Assembly (NCBI RefSeq): GCF_009914755.1
Contig: NC_060933.1
Source of the DNA: the human T2T-CHM13v2.0 reference genome, Homo sapiens
Length of the DNA: 64,000 nt
Strand: one strand, 5' to 3'
Made by a program: the position numbers and the translations under genes. Below, piece after piece: positions 59,990-64,000 of the stretch. The notes under the pieces are model-generated. The model saw only the letters and a list, made by a program, of their open reading frames with translations. It was not told the DNA's origin and did not search any database. Every line of letters begins with the position of its first letter. The first letter of the stretch is position 1.

Positions 59990-60286
59990 TCTTTTTTTTG
60001 AGTTGGGGTCTCACTCTGTTGCCCAGGCTGGAGTGCAGTGGTGTGATCATGGCTCACTACAGCCTCAACCTCCTGGGCTCCAGTGATCCTCCCACCTCAG
60101 CCTCCTGAGTAGCTGGGACTACAGGTACACACCACCACGTCCGGCTAATTTTAAAAAAACGTTTTTGGAGAGACAGAGTCTTGCTATGTTGCCTAGACTG
60201 GTCTCAAACTCCTGGCCTCAAGTGATCATCCTGCCTCAGCCTCCCAAAGTGTTGGGATTACAGGTGTGAGCCACCATGCCCAGCCA
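59990..60286 (-). mobile_element. AluJ inside a MIR
   Basis: Alu consensus; MIR core ccagctctgccacttactggctgtgtga upstream. Confidence 0.88.
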
Positions 60287-61962
60287 ACCTGTTTACCTCT
60301 TAATAATCTTCAGCTTCCTTGCCTGTAAATTGGGATAAAAGTAGTAACCATTTCACGGAGTTATTGTGAGGAGTAAAAGAAATAAAAAGCTTATAGTAAA
60401 GTGCTGAGTACCTAGTAAACATCTAAGAAACATTGACTTTGTTCTCTCCATGTGTGTGCCTAGCCTGGTAGTTCACTATGGCCCTGAACTCTGGGTTGAG
60501 ATGTGTGTGAATCCTGTAGGATGTTTGGATCTGAGCCCCACAGGACTGCTAGTGGTGTTATGATCCAGCCAAGATTAGATGCTGACTGCAGTAGATTCAG
60601 GAGTTTTATTTTACCAGCTTGCCCAGGACGGACCTAGAATCCCTTGTGAGTGATCCATGGGAATCTAAATTATCAAGAGACTGAATGCTAATTTATTAGT
60701 TTATGCTGAAAAATAGAATTTCTGAGTAGACTAGAAGACTTATGCTGGCCGGAGCAATCTCTTTCTGTAAGGAAAAAGAGCTTGGGAAACTACATTAATA
60801 TCAGCTTTCACAGGAAGCAGAGAGGCCAGGGGATTGAACTGACCCATCACAATTTTTATGCCAGTGCTGTGTGTCCTATGTCCTCACCTTCGCAAACCAG
60901 GGCCACTTTTTTGAATGGAACTCAGGGTTCTCCTTCTTTTAACACAGTAGCCATGGGAAATTCTCCTGGGTTATGTCCATAGAGCTGTGTGGCTGCCTGT
61001 TTCCCAGCGCCACTGCAGCCTACCATTTCTCCCTTAGATCAAGCAGGCAGTGAAATTGGTAAACACATGCTTAACCATTTCTGAGCCTGGATCAGGGCTG
61101 GGGTGTGGATGAGGCAGCTGAAGACCACAGAGAGAGGGCGTGCCTGGCATCTGGCTGGGCACCCTCCCTCCTGCGAGGAAGACTTGAGTACAGACGTGTC
61201 CTCATAAACGGAGGGGAAATCTGTGGATGTTAGCGGCTGGCTAGGCTCCATGTAGACCCAACTGCCTTCATATGTTTGTCTGGATATCATCACCCTTCCT
61301 GTAGCTTTTAACATGTGACAGTTCTTAAATGGGCAGCGGCTTCTGGGGTGAATTGGATTTTAGGATGCCTGCTGCTTCATGCTAGCCAGGCAAGTCCATC
61401 ATAGATGTATTCTCTGCACATCTCAGGGTGGCATGGGCTCCCACTGGGACACATTCCGGCTGATCCCTGAGTCTAGCAAAGGTGTGCAGTCCCCATCTAC
61501 TTCCTTTATTTTCTGAGTATGTCTCTTTCTGACTGTGGCCTGTGGGTTAGAGTTCATCTGTGGTTCTCTACTGAGTATTGTCTGCCAGACTGAATTTCTT
61601 TAGCTGGTGTCCACATCCATTTAAAAGTGCCCAGTAAGTCTGAGCCCTTCAAGTCCTGTGCCCAGCAGAATTTGGGTTTGTTGCCTTTTCCAGGCTTTCT
61701 GAAGCTCATTCCCATCCAGTATTTTTCCTGCCATATGGGGCCCTGTCTATTCTCCCTTTGGCTCTGGGCCCTGGTACACACTTGCAGCCTCTCTGGGCAT
61801 CCATCACCACCACCTTTTGCACATAGTGTTGGTGCCCAACTGCGATCTCATGGGAACAGGGGACATGCCCTGTCCAAAGGCCCTGCCCAACCTCGATGAG
61901 GATGACTTCAAGCCCTTTAGCCTGACTGCTCCCTGAGTCTAGGGAGGAATGGGGAGTGTTGA

Positions 61963-62305
<343 letters not shown>

Positions 62306-64000
62306 ACAAAGACAAGTTTTTAAAGGAACAAGCAAATTTCAGAACAATACATAGGGTATGTATCTGTGGAGGGAGGTTGGGTGGGGGGGGTGTTCTGAAA
62401 GGATGCCAAATTAGCTGGTGCTTCGGTGAGCTGAAGACTCCAGGGATTCAGCCCTACTTCCCCTTCACCTGGAGGTTTCTTTCTCTAGATTGGAGACATT
62501 TCTAGGAGGCTGCCCTCTATTTTTTTTCTTTTTCTTTTTTTTCCTTTGAGACAGGTCTCACGCTGTTCCCCAAGGTCCAGGCTGGAGTTGCAGTGGTGTG
62601 ATCATGGTTCACTGTGGGCTCAACCTCCTGGATTCAAGTGGTCCTCCCACCTCAGCCTCCCAAGCAGCTGGGACTATAGGATGTGCCACTATGCTCAGCT
62701 AACCTCTTGGTTTCTTGAGAAAAGCTGTGGCACCTGGTGCTGTCCCCGATGGTTCTCTCTACCTCTGAATCTGAAGGTTGTGTTGGCAGACGCAGTGGGC
62801 ACAGCAGAGGAGGTGCGTGCTAGAGGGCTGTGGGTGTTCCAGAAGACTGTGCACAGGAAAGAGTGCTGGAGTGGGGGTAGAGTTCTAATCTCCAGCTCTG
62901 GATTCTCTGGGCCCAGAGCAAATCACCTTCCATCTCAGGCATGACCGTTCTGGCTACAAAATGAGGAGACTGGACAAGATGACTTCAGGGGCCTGTGTGT
63001 CAGACATTTGGTGGAGTAGCATGATGGGGGGAAGGAGGGGACAGGCATGGCCGAGGGAGGGATCTTGTGAACTGGGGCAGGTGTGTCCTGGCCTGGGGAG
63101 CCTGGAGTCTGGTCTGCTGGGTTTGGTTTCTCTGCTGTAACAGGGTACAGGGCACCCTGGCCTTCCTGAGAAGCCCCTGGCTGGCAGGGCCTGGAACGGG
63201 AGCAGTGCAGTGTGGTGCAAACTCATCTCAATCCCGAGTCAGCCTTTGCCCCTGGGCCTTTGTCAGCCTCCAGCTTCTCACTTGGCCTTGCCCAAGTCCC
63301 TGTCCTAGCCACTGGGCTGTGAGCCCTGTGAGGGCAGGCACCTGCCCAGCCTCGTGCAGATGCCCAGCAAATATTTGCTAAATGGAATTAGTGACCATTT
63401 GTGTCTGGAGATTTCCTGATCCTGACTTCTGGGCAAAGGGCCACTGTTAGTTAGGTGATAGGTGTTGTGGAGCACAGGGGTTCCTGTGGCTTTCGGATCC
63501 AAGCATGTTTGTGCCAGAGCTGGCTTTGCACAGGTAGTAGTTTCAGAAAAAATGTTTCATGTTAAACATAGGTGTCTTTGAGTTGGTGAAATTCAACCCA
63601 TGACTGCGGGCTTCGTTTGCCTGTTTCCAAACCTCTCTCTCTCCCACCCCACACTAGATTGGGCACAGTTTTCATAGGTTTCTCAGCTCTAGGAAGCCAC
63701 AATGAAGTAATTGCTCAGACTTTGAGATAATGATACCGTCAGTTCTCCCGGCGCCTTTCATCCAAGGAGTCCTCCTCACCTGCCAGCATTATCTGATCAC
63801 AGCTTGGAGAGTGCCATAACCCCTGTTATTAGCTCTACCTCACATCCATGGCCACTGTGGTCCTGAAAGAAGAGGGCAGTTAGGGCTGGAACTGAAACAG
63901 GATTCCTGGGCTTCTGAGATCTGGGTCCTGGACAGGAGAACAGCAGATATTTCTGATGGATGACGGGCTGGACCAGGGTTTGCAGGAGCCTGAATTGCTT

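Overview
Human (primate) genomic DNA, recognised from the encoded proteins as the 9q32 C9orf43-RGS3 locus. 263-16.5k holds all 13 coding exons of C9orf43 (+). Joined by hand they give 1386 nt = 461 aa + stop with consistent phases, but the donor after coding exon 12 reads ATAAGT instead of GTAAGT. 16.5-46k is repeat-dense (Alu, old L1M, L2/MIR, MER, MLT/ERV LTRs, an AT-rich 24-bp minisatellite). It includes a 6-kb minus-strand L1 that is a chimera of a young L1HS-type 5' part and an older L1PA-type 3' part, with no TSD. 46.8-50.5k holds the 5' coding exons of RGS3: a sense-AluY-derived start exon plus two exons of the long isoform, and an alternative CpG-island first exon (MERSLHRV...). The rest of the window is RGS3 intron. 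The most interesting items are the C9orf43 +1 donor change, the recombinant L1 whose antisense promoter/ORF0 faces RGS3 with in-frame splice donors, an old tandem duplication of two C9orf43 exons, and a diverged inverted duplication at 44.4-45.9k. Repeat subfamily calls and repeat boundaries are by eye and approximate.
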